DNA of 64,000 nucleotides from Escherichia coli (GCF_003334335.1 NZ_QOWQ01000027.1); one strand, 5' to 3'. Numbered from the stretch's first letter, positions 47,782-60,409 are shown. The notes: generated from the letters alone by a model not told the origin. Made by a program: numbers and translations.

Positions 47782-49962
47782 ATGACAACTAAAAATATGA
47801 ATACGCCACCAGGCAGCACTCAGGAAAATGAGATCGATCTGCTTCGTCTGGTCGGCGAGTTATGGGATCACCGTAAGTTTATTATCAGCGTGACCGCGTT
47901 ATTCACGCTGATCGCTGTCGCTTACTCGCTGTTAAGCACACCAATTTATCAGGCAGATACTCTGGTCCAGGTTGAGCAAAAACAGGGCAACGCCATTCTC
48001 AGCGGCCTGAGCGATATGATCCCTAACTCATCGCCCGAGTCTGCACCGGAGATCCAACTGCTGCAATCGCGCATGATTCTCGGTAAAACCATTGCTGAAC
48101 TGAATCTGCGCGACATAGTTGAGCAGAAGTATTTTCCGATTGTGGGTCGCGGCTGGGCGAGATTAACCAAAGAAAAACCAGGTGAGCTGGCGATCAGCTG
48201 GATGCATATTCCACAACTGAATGGTCAGGATCAGCAACTGACACTCACGGTTGGGGAAAACGGCCACTATACACTGGAAGGTGAAGAGTTCACCGTCAAT
48301 GGTATGGTCGGCCAGCGTCTGGAAAAAGATGGCGTTGCGCTGACTATCGCGGACATTAAGGCCAAACCAGGAACACAGTTTGTCCTGAGCCAGCGTACCG
48401 AACTGGAAGCGATTAACGCATTGCAGGAAACCTTTACCGTTAGCGAACGCAGTAAAGAAAGCGGGATGCTGGAACTTACCATGACTGGTGATGATCCCCA
48501 GTTGATTACTCGTATTCTGAACAGCATCGCTAACAACTATTTGCAACAGAATATCGCTCGCCAGGCGGCGCAGGATTCACAAAGCCTTGAATTCTTACAG
48601 CGCCAGTTACCTGAAGTGCGCAGCGAGCTGGACCAAGCGGAAGAAAAACTCAACGTTTATCGCCAGCAGCGCGATTCGGTTGACCTTAACCTGGAAGCCA
48701 AAGCCGTTCTTGAGCAGATTGTGAACGTTGATAATCAACTCAATGAGCTGACCTTCCGCGAGGCAGAGATCTCCCAGCTGTATAAGAAAGATCACCCAAC
48801 TTATCGTGCGCTGCTGGAAAAACGCCAGACGCTGGAGCAAGAACGCAAACGCCTGAATAAGCGGGTATCGGCAATGCCTTCCACCCAACAGGAAGTGTTG
48901 CGTTTAAGTCGTGACGTAGAAGCGGGCCGTGCGGTATATCTGCAATTACTTAACCGCCAGCAGGAGTTGAGTATTTCGAAATCCAGTGCCATTGGTAACG
49001 TGCGGATTATCGACCCGGCAGTCACTCAGCCGCAGCCAGTGAAACCGAAAAAAGCGTTGAACGTGGTGCTTGGTTTTATTCTTGGCCTGTTTATTTCTGT
49101 GGGTGCCGTGCTGGCGCGTGCGATGTTGCGTCGTGGTGTAGAAGCCCCGGAACAACTGGAAGAGCACGGCATCAGCGTTTATGCCACTATCCCAATGTCC
49201 GAGTGGCTGGATAAACGCACCCGTCTGCGTAAGAAAAATTTATTTTCTAATCAGCAGCGCCATCGTACTAAAAATATCCCCTTCCTGGCGGTGGATAACC
49301 CGGCGGATTCTGCTGTGGAAGCCGTACGTGCGCTACGAACCAGTCTGCATTTCGCTATGATGGAGACGGAGAATAACATTCTAATGATCACCGGTGCGAC
49401 GCCAGACAGTGGTAAAACGTTTGTCAGTTCAACTCTGGCAGCGGTGATCGCCCAGTCCGATCAAAAAGTGTTATTTATTGATGCCGACTTACGCCGTGGT
49501 TATTCGCATAACCTGTTTACCGTGAGTAATGAACATGGCTTGTCGGAATATCTGGCAGGTAAAGATGAGCTCAACAAAGTGATCCAGCATTTTGGCAAAG
49601 GAGGCTTTGATGTGATTACTCGCGGTCAGGTGCCACCTAACCCGTCTGAACTGCTGATGCGCGATCGGATGCGTCAATTACTGGAATGGGCGAACGACCA
49701 TTACGATCTGGTGATTGTCGATACGCCGCCGATGCTGGCGGTGAGTGATGCCGCGGTCGTGGGGCGTTCTGTTGGCACCAGCCTGCTGGTTGCGCGTTTT
49801 GGCTTGAACACCGCCAAAGAGGTGAGTTTGTCAATGCAGCGTCTGGAACAGGCAGGCGTCAATATTAAAGGCGCTATCCTCAATGGTGTGATTAAACGCG
49901 CCAGCACCGCTTACAGTTACGGCTATAACTATTACGGTTATAGTTACTCCGAGAAAGAGTAA
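47782..49962 (+). CDS. etk: Etk, BY-kinase (Wzc-like protein-tyrosine kinase)
   Basis: 726 aa ORF with Walker A (GATPDSGKT) and a C-terminal Tyr cluster (YSYGYNYYGYSY). Confidence 0.93.
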   Translation: MTTKNMNTPPGSTQENEIDLLRLVGELWDHRKFIISVTALFTLIAVAYSLLSTPIYQADTLVQVEQKQGNAILSGLSDMIPNSSPESAPEIQLLQSRMILGKTIAELNLRDIVEQKYFPIVGRGWARLTKEKPGELAISWMHIPQLNGQDQQLTLTVGENGHYTLEGEEFTVNGMVGQRLEKDGVALTIADIKAKPGTQFVLSQRTELEAINALQETFTVSERSKESGMLELTMTGDDPQLITRILNSIANNYLQQNIARQAAQDSQSLEFLQRQLPEVRSELDQAEEKLNVYRQQRDSVDLNLEAKAVLEQIVNVDNQLNELTFREAEISQLYKKDHPTYRALLEKRQTLEQERKRLNKRVSAMPSTQQEVLRLSRDVEAGRAVYLQLLNRQQELSISKSSAIGNVRIIDPAVTQPQPVKPKKALNVVLGFILGLFISVGAVLARAMLRRGVEAPEQLEEHGISVYATIPMSEWLDKRTRLRKKNLFSNQQRHRTKNIPFLAVDNPADSAVEAVRALRTSLHFAMMETENNILMITGATPDSGKTFVSSTLAAVIAQSDQKVLFIDADLRRGYSHNLFTVSNEHGLSEYLAGKDELNKVIQHFGKGGFDVITRGQVPPNPSELLMRDRMRQLLEWANDHYDLVIVDTPPMLAVSDAAVVGRSVGTSLLVARFGLNTAKEVSLSMQRLEQAGVNIKGAILNGVIKRASTAYSYGYNYYGYSYSEKE

Positions 49963-49972
49963 AACTGAAAGT

Positions 49973-50007
49973 GGCCGGATGCGGCGTGAACGCCTTTTCC
50001 GGTCTAC
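49973..50007. repeat. REP element between etk and appA
   Basis: ggccggatgcggcgtgaacgccttttccggtctac. Confidence 0.7.
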
Positions 50008-50041
50008 GCATTAGACAGTTCTTCGTTTGTCATCAGCCTCA

Positions 50042-50071
50042 GAGCATTCAGGTAACTGAATGCTCTTTTTT
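50042..50071 (+). terminator. Rho-independent terminator (gagcattcag-gtaa-ctgaatgctc followed by T6), probably ending the gfc-etp-etk transcript
   Basis: Perfect 10-bp inverted repeat followed by tttttt on the plus strand. Confidence 0.7.
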
Positions 50072-50076
50072 ATGCA

Positions 50077-51375
50077 TTACAAACTGCACGCCGGTATGCG
50101 TGCTTCATTCACGATTTGCGTAAAACCTGCCAACGAACACATGCCCTGCGCATTTCGCTCTTCACATCCTGCCAGGGTCAGTTTCACCTCTCCGGGCGGC
50201 GTATTTAATGACAGCGGCGTTTTATCACGCATCTGCTGTAAAGTCTGGAAGACCAGCGAAACCTGAATCCACTGGCTGTTATCGCTTAGCCGACGCCAGC
50301 GTTCAAACACCAGTTCACCACCTGGCGGCGTGTTATCCGGCTGACCGGGAAGCGTCCAGTTGAGCTCCAGTGCGCCGCCGAGATTTGCCAGATTAGTATC
50401 GTGTCCGGCGATAAACAGCACTGAAGTGGGTAATGTCACACCATACGCCTGTTTTTGCGGTGGATGGGGCGTCAACGCTGTCTTGATCAAATCTAATAAC
50501 GGGGTGGCGCGGCTGCGGGCAACCTCTGGCGTGCGTTGTAGCAAATAAAATTGCGCGTTATGCAAACTTAGCAAGGTGTTCCACTGGTGTGAATCGGTGA
50601 TCCTTCCCCACCCCGGCTCCGGCATTCCCTGTGCTTGTTGCAGGAGAAATATCTCCGTCAGCATTGATGCGAGGCTTACCGCACCGGTTAATGAGACATT
50701 GTCGGCGCTCACCTTGAGTTCCGATGGTAATGCCTGCGTTAATGAACAGCTTTCGTCCTGTTTCTCACGTTTAAGGCACAAGTTTGATTGCGGAAAATTA
50801 AGCACCCGTTCCAGTTCGCGAAACGCCGTTTGCCGATGCCCGGTAAAGTCAGCAATTGACCCTCCTGCCCTGCTGAGGATCGCGTCAGTCACGTTCGCGT
50901 TATCCAGTTGGCAAACGCCAGTTTTTAGAGGATTAAATAACGGATCGGGACTGGACGTATCTGCCTGGGTATGTACGGTTATTGCACAGTCAGGTGCCAG
51001 CCCGGCGGCGAAGGCTTCGCCTGTTTTACGGGTACGCTCGTCGACATCAGCAATAATCGCGACCTGACCAGACTGCGGGCAGCCCTTTTTCGCCAGCAAT
51101 CCGTCGGCTACCAGACGCTGGCGTTGGTAATGTCCGAGATAGGCGATTAGCTCACCACCGCGCGGTGTCAGCCAACCCAGTTTTACCGGCCAGGTTGGCC
51201 ATGCGTCTGGGGTGACATCCTGCATCAGTTGCGTGGCCTTGGTTGGAGCACGCACACCATGACGACTGACAATCACCACACTTTCCAGCTTCAGCTCCGG
51301 CTCACTCTGAGCGAATGCAGATTGCGGGGTTAACGGAATCAGAAGAGATAAAAATGGGATTAAGATCGCTTTCAT
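50077..51375 (-). CDS. appA: AppA, periplasmic phytase / acid phosphatase (histidine acid phosphatase)
   Basis: Start refined to ATG 51373-51375 (MKAILIPFLSLLIPLTPQSAFA); RHGVRAP motif; 432 aa. Confidence 0.95.
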   Translation of the reverse strand: MKAILIPFLSLLIPLTPQSAFAQSEPELKLESVVIVSRHGVRAPTKATQLMQDVTPDAWPTWPVKLGWLTPRGGELIAYLGHYQRQRLVADGLLAKKGCPQSGQVAIIADVDERTRKTGEAFAAGLAPDCAITVHTQADTSSPDPLFNPLKTGVCQLDNANVTDAILSRAGGSIADFTGHRQTAFRELERVLNFPQSNLCLKREKQDESCSLTQALPSELKVSADNVSLTGAVSLASMLTEIFLLQQAQGMPEPGWGRITDSHQWNTLLSLHNAQFYLLQRTPEVARSRATPLLDLIKTALTPHPPQKQAYGVTLPTSVLFIAGHDTNLANLGGALELNWTLPGQPDNTPPGGELVFERWRRLSDNSQWIQVSLVFQTLQQMRDKTPLSLNTPPGEVKLTLAGCEERNAQGMCSLAGFTQIVNEARIPACSL

Positions 51376-51413
51376 CGATATGTTTCCGCTTTTCATATCT
51401 GACATTATTGATT

Positions 51414-51449
51414 GCCTGATGCGATGCTAATGCGCCGCATCAGGCCTAC
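51414..51449. repeat. REP element between appA and appX
   Basis: gcctgatgcgatgctaatgcgccgcatcaggcctac. Confidence 0.7.
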
Positions 51450-51454
51450 GTTCG

Positions 51455-51547
51455 TTAACTTTTCAGACGCGGGTCCAGCCATACCAACACAAGGGTGGAG
51501 AGCGAACACATCAACAAAATGCCGACGAACCAAAGTAAATACCACAT
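51455..51547 (-). CDS. appX: AppX, 30-aa small membrane protein of the cytochrome bd-II operon; absent from the ORF track
   Basis: Translated by hand from the reverse complement: MWYLLWFVGILLMCSLSTLVLVWLDPRLKS, between appB and appA. Confidence 0.8.
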   Translation of the reverse strand: MWYLLWFVGILLMCSLSTLVLVWLDPRLKS

Positions 51548-51559
51548 TGTTTCTGCTCC

Positions 51560-52696
51560 TTAGTACAACTCGTTTTCGTTACGGCGGAGAGTTTCTGTTG
51601 TCATGCGCCCCCACATTTTGTAGTAGCTCCAGAGAGTGTAGAGCAACACAATGGGCAAAAATATCAGCACGATTACCAACATAATGCTCAGCGTCAGCTG
51701 ACTGGAAGTACTGTCCCACAACGTCAGGCTGGAGATCGGACTCACGCTTGACGGCATGACAAAGGGGAACAGCGTGATGCCTGCCGTGAAAATCACGCCA
51801 AATTGCATCAATGATGCCATCAAAAATCCCCAACCCGGGCGACCACGATAAATCGCCATCACCGTCAGCAATGGGCAGAAGAATCCCAGCAGCGGGAAGA
51901 TCCACAAAACGGGCGACTCGACAAAATTATTCATCCAGGCACCAGGTAGCACTGCCACCAGTTTCATTAACGGATTGGAAGGACCGTTAGCATCCTGGGC
52001 GAGCAGTACAAAGCCATCAATACCGACCCACAGCCAGTAACCCGCCAGCAAAAAGCACAGCATCACCAACAGTGCAGCGCGTTTGGTCGCCAGCTGTGAA
52101 CGCAGATGAATCACACCAACAGTTTTCAGTTGTAACCAGACGCCACCTTGCAAAATCACCATCCCAAGGCTGAGCAATCCGCACAATAAAGGGAATGGCG
52201 TCAGCAGTTGCCAGAAGCTGCCGAGATACTCCACGCGTAATTGCGGTGTGAAGGCAAACGGCACGCCGAGCAACAAGTTGCCGAAGGCGATACCGAAGAC
52301 TACCGGCGGCACCAGACTGCCGATGACCAGACCGGCGTCCCACATTTTACGCCAGCGTGCATCGGCGATTTTTCCGCGATAATCAAAGGCCAGCGGGCGG
52401 AAGAACAGTGAGCACAGCACCAGGATCATCGCCACATAAAAGCCGGAAAACGCCGCTGCATACACTCTGGGCCAGGCGGCAAATAATGCCCCACCAGCGA
52501 GGATCAACCAGACCTGGTTGCCTTCCCAGTGTGCACCAACGCTGTTTATCACTATCCGGCGTTCATCATCATTACGCGCCACCAGCGGCAGCAGACAGCC
52601 GATCCCCATGTCAAATCCGTCGGAGATCATAAAGACCACCAGGATCACGCCAATCAGCAGCCACCAGATGAAGCGCAATGTTTCATAATCAAACAT
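51560..52696 (-). CDS. appB: AppB, cytochrome bd-II oxidase subunit II
   Basis: 378 aa multi-TM ORF recognised as AppB. Confidence 0.95.
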
Positions 52697-52707
52697 GATT
52701 TTCTCCT

Positions 52708-54252
52708 TTACCCCTGTTGCTGCGTCGGTTGTTCACTCTGCATCGCGCTCGGCCCCAGACGGGCATATTTCTGCATCAGGTAGACTTCGGCGATTAAGAA
52801 CAGGGTGTAAAGCCCTACGATCATGATCAGTGAGAAAGCCAGTTGTCCTGTGGTTAAAGCGGAGTGCGCGGAGTATGTCGGTAAGATGTCCTGTATCGCC
52901 CACGGCTGACGACCAAACTCGGTCATAAACCACCCGGCTTCAATCGCAATCCACGGCAACGGCAAACTCCAGAGCGCCATTTTCAGCACCCAGCGATGCT
53001 GGTCGATTTTGCCACGCAGCGTCTGGACAAGCGCAATCAGCATCACCAGTAGCAGCAGGGAACCACAGCCCACCATGATGCGGAAACTCCAGAATACCGG
53101 CGCAACCTGAGGTATCGCGCCACGCATCGCCGCCTGGTACTGTGCGGCTGTGACATGATTCATATCCGGCGCATAGCGGGAGAGCAACATGCCGTAGCCC
53201 AGGTCACCTTCCAGTCCCCGGAATGCCTGCAACACATGCGGCTCACGATTGCCTTGCGATATTTCCTGCATTAACAGCCAGGCCATACGTCCGCGTTGCA
53301 AGCGTGGGTAGGTTTCAGCCATCAAATTCTTCAGACCCGGCACGGGTTTATCTAATGAGTGAGTGGCGAGGATCCCTAGCAGCGCGGGAATTTTGAGGGC
53401 AAAGGCGTTACGCTCTTGATCCTGTTCCGGCCAGGCAACCACATGGAACGGTGCAGGTGCAGGTTCCGTTTGCCACTCCCCTTCCATCGCCGCCAGTTTT
53501 ACCGGTTGTACTTGCGCGACTTCATACGCAGAACTGTCTCCGAGTTGCAGGGTACCGATAATCGCCAGAGTACCGAAGACGGAACCGATGGCAAACGAGC
53601 GTAATGCGACATCGCGCTCCCGTCCGCGCAGTAAATACCAGGCGCTGATCGCCATAATAAACATGGCCCCGGTCACGTAGCCCGCCATTACGGTGTGCAC
53701 AAATTTCACCTGGCTGACCGGATTAAAGACCAGCTCGCTGAAGCTGGTCATCTCCATACGCAGGGTGTCGATATCAAAATGCGCACCGGTCGGGTATTGC
53801 ATCCAACCGTTGGCATTCAATATCCACAACGCAGAGAGATTTGAACCGAACGCCACCAGCCACGTCACCAGCAGGTGCTGGTATTTATTCAGCCGTTGCC
53901 AGCCGAAGAAGAACAGCCCGACAAAGGTGGATTCGAGGAAGAAGGCCATTAATGCTTCCATCGCCAGCGGTGCGCCAAAAATATCGCCCACATAGTTGGA
54001 ATAGAATGACCAGTTAGTACCAAACTGAAACTCCATGGTCAGGCCGGTAGCCACGCCAAGAGCAAAATTGATACCGAAGAGCTTACCCCAGAAGCGCGTC
54101 ATATCGCGGTAGATTGTTTTGCCGGTGACCACGTAAATGGTTTCCATAATAGCCAGCAAAAAAATCAGCCCCAGGGTAAGGGGTACAAATAAAAAGTGAT
54201 ACAGCGCGGTCAGAGCAAACTGCCAGCGCGATAAATCAATGACATCCCACAT
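52708..54252 (-). CDS. appC: AppC, cytochrome bd-II oxidase subunit I
   Basis: Start refined to ATG 54250-54252 ([20 protein letters not shown]); 514 aa. Confidence 0.95.
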
Positions 54253-54385
54253 GCGCACTCCTGTAGGCGAAGAGAGAAAAATAACCCGATAATGGTAGAT
54301 CTCCCTCTTTATCCTGAAACTCTACGACCAGAGGTATTCGCCGATTGCGATATTCATAAGACTGAAAGCGATACTTACCGTCTTT

Positions 54386-55243
54386 TTACGTCGGTGCAGC
54401 TTCCGCCAGCCACTGACATACCTCGCTAAGCCGCTGCGCAGAGTCGACCAAATCTTCTGGCGCTGCCAGCACCACTTCCGGTATTGGGCAGATTTCATAA
54501 CTTTCCAGTAACGGGCCTTTTAAGGTGTCCGTACAGCGTAAATGCCAGACATGGCGTAACCCCGTGGCGTTGATATAGCTCTCGCCATAGCCAATGGTAC
54601 GAATCTGAATATTTCCCGGCCCACAGAGACGTGAGAGAAAAAGCCGATCAGCCTCGCTGATGGGTAATTGCGTCAGATTAATGCTGTGCGGCTGCGCGTC
54701 GGGGTTACGTACATGTGCCAGTAACTCATGCGCCAACGGTAGGCCATTCATCAGGCCATCAATGGGCGGCGGTAACAGCGAATCTGTCGGCAAGAGATTT
54801 TGCGTTGCCGCCTGCCACAACGCCAGCGGCGCGCAGCCAGCCTCCAGTTTGTCCTCCAGCAACTTTTCGCCGCGACGTCTGCGCACCCGCCATAATCCGC
54901 AGAAGATCGCCTCCTGTATTTCACTTTCACTGTCGTCAGCCTGCTGAATGCGCACTGACACTTCCCCTTCCCCGAGAAGCGTATTGATAAAGTGACGATC
55001 GTCGGCGTTGAGATTTAACAGATCGACTGCCAGCACCTCGCCCAACGGCGGTTGGCGTTCGCTTAGTTGATGTTGTAACTCGTTTAACAGCGCAATCACC
55101 TGCGGGCTGTGAGCACATTGCTCCAGGGCCGCCATACTCGGTTCATCATTCACCTGACAGGTGATCGGCAGTGGATTCATGCTGAAACTGTCATCGTTCG
55201 GTTGCGTTCCTGGCCCCAGCAGATGGAAAAAAGTTTCGCTCAT
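54386..55243 (-). CDS. hyaF: HyaF, hydrogenase-1 operon protein
   Basis: Start refined to ATG 55241-55243 ([18 protein letters not shown]); 285 aa. Confidence 0.9.
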   Translation of the reverse strand: MSETFFHLLGPGTQPNDDSFSMNPLPITCQVNDEPSMAALEQCAHSPQVIALLNELQHQLSERQPPLGEVLAVDLLNLNADDRHFINTLLGEGEVSVRIQQADDSESEIQEAIFCGLWRVRRRRGEKLLEDKLEAGCAPLALWQAATQNLLPTDSLLPPPIDGLMNGLPLAHELLAHVRNPDAQPHSINLTQLPISEADRLFLSRLCGPGNIQIRTIGYGESYINATGLRHVWHLRCTDTLKGPLLESYEICPIPEVVLAAPEDLVDSAQRLSEVCQWLAEAAPT

Positions 55244-55638
55244 GAGGCACGCTCCTGCTGCGGTTCGACAAGCCCGCGCATCAGGTTTATCAGTTCCGCC
55301 CACGGGTGAATACCATTCAGCACGCCGCGATAGTTTCCGCCGGTAAACACTAAAGTGGCAGGAAAGCGAAAGACGCCAAAGCGATCGCCGATGGCTTCGC
55401 TCTGCTCAAGGTCAGCAATCGCCACCTGCCATGTATAGTCGGGAAACTCGCGCAGTAATTCGCCAATCATTACCGGATTATCGCTGACCTCTGGCGTGCG
55501 TTTCGGGTCACTGCTTAATAACACCACGCCGTCTGGCGCTTGCGTAAGCCAGTCGTCAAGACGGGATTCACTGACTGGCGTCCAGCCGCGCGCCAGCATT
55601 CGTTGCCACAACGCATCAAATGGCGTGTCGTTGCTCAT
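55240..55638 (-). CDS. hyaE: HyaE, hydrogenase-1 operon protein (chaperone-like)
   Basis: 132 aa ORF overlapping neighbours by 4 nt, recognised as HyaE. Confidence 0.9.
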
Positions 55639-56222
55639 CCCTGCTCCTCCTGTGTCATCCGGTACTGGCGCAAGCGAACGCCTTCGTAATTTTCCATCGA
55701 CAGACAGTCATAATTGAGACAGCGCGATTCATTAGCCGGTTGCGGCACAATTCCCCACGCAGCAAGCTGCGCCAGCGCCGCCTGTTCCGCAGCGGGCAGT
55801 TGCTCCCGTGCCAGTTCGCTCAGGCTACCGCCGTAGTCGTCGAGCATTGCGGGTTGCAGACCGACGAGGGCAATATGTGCTGGCAGATGTCCGCGGATAT
55901 CCGCCAGCGCCAACACTTCGGAGAAACTGTTCTGATGCAGGCTCATTTTCTTCGCGCTGAGATAAGCCGGAATGCGTTCTCCGGCATAGGTTCGCAGCGT
56001 TCCAGGTTCCAGCCCGTAGTCAATGGCATCGAGAATCAACAGATGGCTGGCGCTTTCGACATACCCCAGCAAGTTCAGTCCCTGAGTACCGCCATCGACA
56101 ATCTCCACATACTCGGGCCAGTGGTAATGGGCATACAGCCGTTCCGCCACCCGCACGCCGAAGCCTTCATCGGCCCACAGCAGGTTGCCCAGCCCCATGA
56201 CCACCACGCGTTGCTCGCTCAT
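55635..56222 (-). CDS. hyaD: HyaD, hydrogenase-1 maturation endopeptidase
   Basis: 195 aa ORF recognised as HyaD. Confidence 0.92.
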
Positions 56223-56926
56223 GAACGCTCCTTGTTACTTATTTTGCCAAATTTGTGGCTACGGTAGCCGTTGACCATGGTGGAGATCACCGTGTCGTCG
56301 GACATGATGTCTTCACGCAGCGCCATGTAGACATGACCGATCACAAACGCGCCAATCAGCCACATCCCCAGCCGATGCCAGCTGTGAATGTCCATTGAGT
56401 TGCCACCCGTCCAGTAGAAAAATTCCACCACATAACGGAACGGCGCAAAAATAGCGTACTGGCTGTGTTCGCTGTACAGCGCAAAACCAGTGATGATCAT
56501 AAAGACCGACATCAGGAAATAGCCGAACATCGCCGCCTGGGCGATGGGATTATGGCCTATATCGGCACTCGGACGTTTTGCCAGAAACAGATACCAGCGG
56601 ATTTCATACCACACGCCCTGCCACCAGCTTTTACGCCATACCGGCACGATAAACAGCTCGCGGGAGTATCGATTGCCAACAAAAGCCCAGTAGATCCGCA
56701 TCAGCAAAACCACGGTAAAAACCATCCCGGCGCTGAAGTGAATTAACCTGATGTAGCCCATATAGAACAGATACGTCGCCTCGCCGCTGACGGAAGGTAG
56801 CGGCTTGCCGATAAAGTATCCGGTGACCATCAACACCGCCATGCATAACACCGTCAACCAGTGCCAGATGCGCACTGGCGCTTCAAAGACATAGTGGCTG
56901 ACAACGTTGTCGCTTTTCTGTTGCAT
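56219..56926 (-). CDS. hyaC: HyaC, hydrogenase-1 b-type cytochrome subunit
   Basis: 235 aa multi-TM ORF recognised as HyaC. Confidence 0.92.
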
Positions 56927-56944
56927 GATGATTCTCCTTCGCTG

Positions 56945-58738
56945 TTAACGCACCTGCACGGAGATCAGCTCGCTACCGTCGTCGCCCAGCACGTGTGTTG
57001 AACAGGCGAGGCACGGGTCAAAGCTGTGCAGAGTACGCAGGATCTCCAGCGGTTGCTCGGGGATCGCCATTTTGGTGTTCATCAGCGCCGCTTCATAAGC
57101 GCCAATCTGCCCTTTGGGATCGCGCGGGCTGGCGTTCCAGGTGGTCGGCACCACGCACTGGTAGAGATCAATCTTGCCATCGCGAATGGCGGCCCAGTGG
57201 CCTAACGCCCCGCGCGGCGCTTCGGTAAAACCGACACCACGGCACTCTGTCGGCCAGGTTGCAGGTTCCCATTTTTCCGTGGAAGCAGTGGCGAGATTGC
57301 CGTTTTTCAGGTTGGTCATCAGCTTGTCGAAGAAATACTGCAACTTACCTGCGGCCCACTGCGCTTCGTGCGCGCGGCACAAAATGCGGCCTAACGTTGA
57401 CTGGATACCGGAAAGCGGCAGGTTCAACGCCGACATCATGCGATCGACCGACTCAACGGTCGCAGCATCGCCTTTGTGATAAGCGATTAACGTGCGCGCC
57501 AGCGGCCCCACTTCCATCGCGTTACCGCGCCAGCGTGGCGCTTTGATCCACGAGTAGCGTTCCTGTTCATTCAGCTGCTGAATGTTGGTATCGCTGCCTT
57601 TGACATCGCCGGGGTTGTACCACGGGTCGGTGATGCCATCGAACGGATGACGCCCGACCTGATCGTTGGGATATCGATACCAGGCGTGGTCGACAAACTC
57701 CTGCACCTGCTGCGGATCAACCAAATCCACTGGCAGCACATTGTTGAAGTCGCCGTTAATCACCGCGCCGCCAGGCATCAGCAGACTTTTCTCGCCAAAG
57801 TCGTTGGCAATATCCGGGAATGCGCCGTAGCTGAGAACGCATTTATCAGAAAGACCAGTGCCGATTTCGCTCCACGGTTTGTTGAACTGACCGATGGCTA
57901 AGGCGTCGGGGATCATCACGTTGTTAATGAAGTCCGCCGTGCGGGTGATAATTGACTGCACCAGGTTCAGGCGTTCCATATTGACTGCCCCGACCGCGCC
58001 GCTTTCGTCAATGTTGATGGCGCAAGGCATCCCGCCGACAATCCAGTTTGGATGCGGGTTTTTACCGCCAAAGACCGCGTGGATTTTGACAATTTCACGC
58101 TGGAAATCGAGAGCTTCGAGATAGTGGGCAAAGCCCATCAGGTTAGCTTCTGGCGGCAGTTTGTACTGCGGGTGCCCCCAGTAGCCATTGCGGAAGATCC
58201 CCAACTGCCCGCCTTCAACAAATTTTTTCAGGCGGTTTTGTACGTCGAAGAAATAGCCAGGGGATGATTTCGGCCAAGAGGAGAGACTTTGCGCCAGTTC
58301 GGAGGTTTTCCGCGGGTCGGCTTTCAGCGCATCTAACACATCGATCCAGTCCATCCCGGCAAGCTGATAGAAGTGCACCAGATGATCGTGGCACCAGAGC
58401 GTTGCCAGCATAATGTTGCGGATGATATTGGCGTTGTCCGGCACTTTAATACCGATAGCATCTTCGATGGCGTAAACCGAAGCCAGGGCGTGTACGCCAG
58501 TACAGACGCCGCAGATACGTTCAACGAACGCCCACGCATCGCGCGGGTCGCGCCCTTGTAGGATGATCTCCAGCCCGCGAAACATGGTGCCGCAGGAGAC
58601 GGCATTGGTGATCACATTCTGATCGTTAATATTCACTTCGCAGCGCATGTGGCCTTCGATGCGCGTAATCGGGTCGACCACCAGGCGGCGTCCGGCATTA
58701 TTGATGGTGTATCCCTGAGTTTCGTACTGAGTGCTCAT
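56945..58738 (-). CDS. hyaB: HyaB, [NiFe] hydrogenase-1 large subunit
   Basis: 597 aa ORF with N-terminal RICGVC and C-terminal DPCLAC nickel-binding motifs. Confidence 0.95.
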   Translation of the reverse strand: MSTQYETQGYTINNAGRRLVVDPITRIEGHMRCEVNINDQNVITNAVSCGTMFRGLEIILQGRDPRDAWAFVERICGVCTGVHALASVYAIEDAIGIKVPDNANIIRNIMLATLWCHDHLVHFYQLAGMDWIDVLDALKADPRKTSELAQSLSSWPKSSPGYFFDVQNRLKKFVEGGQLGIFRNGYWGHPQYKLPPEANLMGFAHYLEALDFQREIVKIHAVFGGKNPHPNWIVGGMPCAINIDESGAVGAVNMERLNLVQSIITRTADFINNVMIPDALAIGQFNKPWSEIGTGLSDKCVLSYGAFPDIANDFGEKSLLMPGGAVINGDFNNVLPVDLVDPQQVQEFVDHAWYRYPNDQVGRHPFDGITDPWYNPGDVKGSDTNIQQLNEQERYSWIKAPRWRGNAMEVGPLARTLIAYHKGDAATVESVDRMMSALNLPLSGIQSTLGRILCRAHEAQWAAGKLQYFFDKLMTNLKNGNLATASTEKWEPATWPTECRGVGFTEAPRGALGHWAAIRDGKIDLYQCVVPTTWNASPRDPKGQIGAYEAALMNTKMAIPEQPLEILRTLHSFDPCLACSTHVLGDDGSELISVQVR

Positions 58739-59853
58739 GCCTGTTTATCCTCATTGCCTGGCTGATGTTCGGTTTCTGTAGGTTGCTGGTTATGACGTCT
58801 GCGCTGGTCAACGGCGCTGGCGACTGCGTGCACACCAACAGCCGCTGCCACCACGCCAAGCGCGGTTAAACCGACGGTATCGGCGGTGGAATGAGTACCC
58901 ATTTGCGGAATATCGACCACGCGGCTGTAGAACGAACCGCGATCCCAGAAACCATTTTCCGCACAGCCCAGGCAGCCGTGACCAGACTGGATTGGGAAAG
59001 AAACGCCATCATTCCAGCGTGTGGAGGAACAGGCGTTATAGGTGGTAGGCCCTTTGCAGCCCATTTTGTACAGGCAGTAACCTTTGCGGGCAGCGTCATC
59101 ATCCCAACTCTGGACGAACTCTCCGGCGTCGAAGTGGGCGCGGCGATAGCATTTATCGTGGATTCGCTGACCATAGAACATCAGCGGACGGCCCATTCTG
59201 TCGACATCTGGCAAGCGATCAAAGGTCACCATGTAAGTAATGATGGCGCTCATCACATCCGGGATCGGCGGGCAGCCAGGTACTTTGATAATGGGTTTGT
59301 CGGTGATGACTTTGTCGATAGGCGTTGCCTGCGTCGGATTGGGTCGCGCGGCCTGCACGCAGCCCCAGGACGCGCAGGTTCCCCAGGCGATAATCGCGCT
59401 GGCTCCGGCAGCGGCACGTTTGAGTTTCTCAATAAACGGTCGACCGCTGCTGATACAGAACATCCCCTGCTCGCCCAGCGGCGGATTACCTTCTACTGCG
59501 AGGATATATTTGCCATTGTATTGCGTGATGATGTCTTCAAAGACTTCTTCCGCCTGGGTTCCGGCGGCAGCCATCAAAGTATCGTCGTAATCGAGGGAAA
59601 TCAGGGAAAGGATGACGTCCTTCGCCAGTGGGTGAGCGGAGCGGATAAAAGATTCGGTACAGCAGGTGCATTCCAGACCGTGGATCCATACCACCGGAAT
59701 GCGCGGTTTGTTCTCCAGCGCCCAGGCAATCTTTGGTGCCATTCCCGCGCCTAATCCCAGCGACGTGGCAGCCAGACTACAATATTTGAGAAAGCTGCGC
59801 CGGGTAACGCCCTGACGCCGCATGGCCTGGTAAAATGTTTCCTCGTTATTCAT
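58735..59853 (-). CDS. hyaA: HyaA, [NiFe] hydrogenase-1 small subunit (Tat signal)
   Basis: Start refined to ATG 59851-59853 ([24 protein letters not shown]); 372 aa. Confidence 0.93.
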   Translation of the reverse strand: MNNEETFYQAMRRQGVTRRSFLKYCSLAATSLGLGAGMAPKIAWALENKPRIPVVWIHGLECTCCTESFIRSAHPLAKDVILSLISLDYDDTLMAAAGTQAEEVFEDIITQYNGKYILAVEGNPPLGEQGMFCISSGRPFIEKLKRAAAGASAIIAWGTCASWGCVQAARPNPTQATPIDKVITDKPIIKVPGCPPIPDVMSAIITYMVTFDRLPDVDRMGRPLMFYGQRIHDKCYRRAHFDAGEFVQSWDDDAARKGYCLYKMGCKGPTTYNACSSTRWNDGVSFPIQSGHGCLGCAENGFWDRGSFYSRVVDIPQMGTHSTADTVGLTALGVVAAAVGVHAVASAVDQRRRHNQQPTETEHQPGNEDKQA

Positions 59854-60238
59854 ATCGCACGTCTCTCCTCCTTGCGACACCGGCAGGACACCGGGCGCTT
59901 ATGGTCGGCAAGCGACGTCCCTGTAGCAAGGCAAACCATCGCTTCACGTGAGATGCTGAAAACGAAAGCTCATCCTTCTGCACTGGCGCACGTCGCCAGA
60001 AAGTATTGTTAATAAAGCGTAGTGAAACTTTTGCACAAAACAATACAAACTGTGTGGATTTATCTTTTAGCGATAAAAATGGACCTATTTTTCTTTTGGC
60101 CGGGCGGTGGGGATGTTTAGCCGGTTGCTAAACGAGTAAAAGAGAAGGAATTCATGGTGATGAAATGATCAATCTGCTGTTATTTCACGCTATCAATGCA
60201 CTTTTGGCTGTTTTTCAGGCAAACAAACAAATTAGGGG

Positions 60239-60267
60239 TTTACACGCCGCATCGGGATGTTTATAGT
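60239..60267 (+). promoter_or_regulatory. serT promoter (-35 tttaca, 17-bp spacer, -10 tatagt, GC-rich discriminator gcgcg)
   Basis: Hexamers with 17-bp spacing read directly, about 13 nt upstream of the mature tRNA 5' end. Confidence 0.55.
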
Positions 60268-60279
60268 GCGCGTCATTCC

Positions 60280-60367
60280 GGAAGTGTGGCCGAGCGGTTG
60301 AAGGCACCGGTCTTGAAAACCGGCGACCCGAAAGGGTTCCAGAGTTCGAATCTCTGCGCTTCCGCCA
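60280..60367 (+). tRNA. serT: tRNA-Ser (anticodon UGA), 88 nt with long variable arm and CCA end
   Basis: GGAAGTGTGGCCGAGCGGTTGAAGGCACCGGTCTTGAAAACCGG...GCTTCCGCCA; cloverleaf readable, anticodon loop cTTGAAa. Confidence 0.95.
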
Positions 60368-60375
60368 AATAATCA

Positions 60376-60409
60376 AGGGGTTACCAAATGGTAGCCCCTT
60401 TCTTTTTTG
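60376..60409 (+). terminator. serT rho-independent terminator (aggggttacc-aaat-ggtagcccct followed by a T-run)
   Basis: Near-perfect inverted repeat followed by tcttttttgc directly after the tRNA. Confidence 0.7.

Noticed and set aside
58891-59754. 287-aa plus-strand ORF
   Set aside because: Lies entirely antisense within hyaA; no SD and no recognisable protein features.
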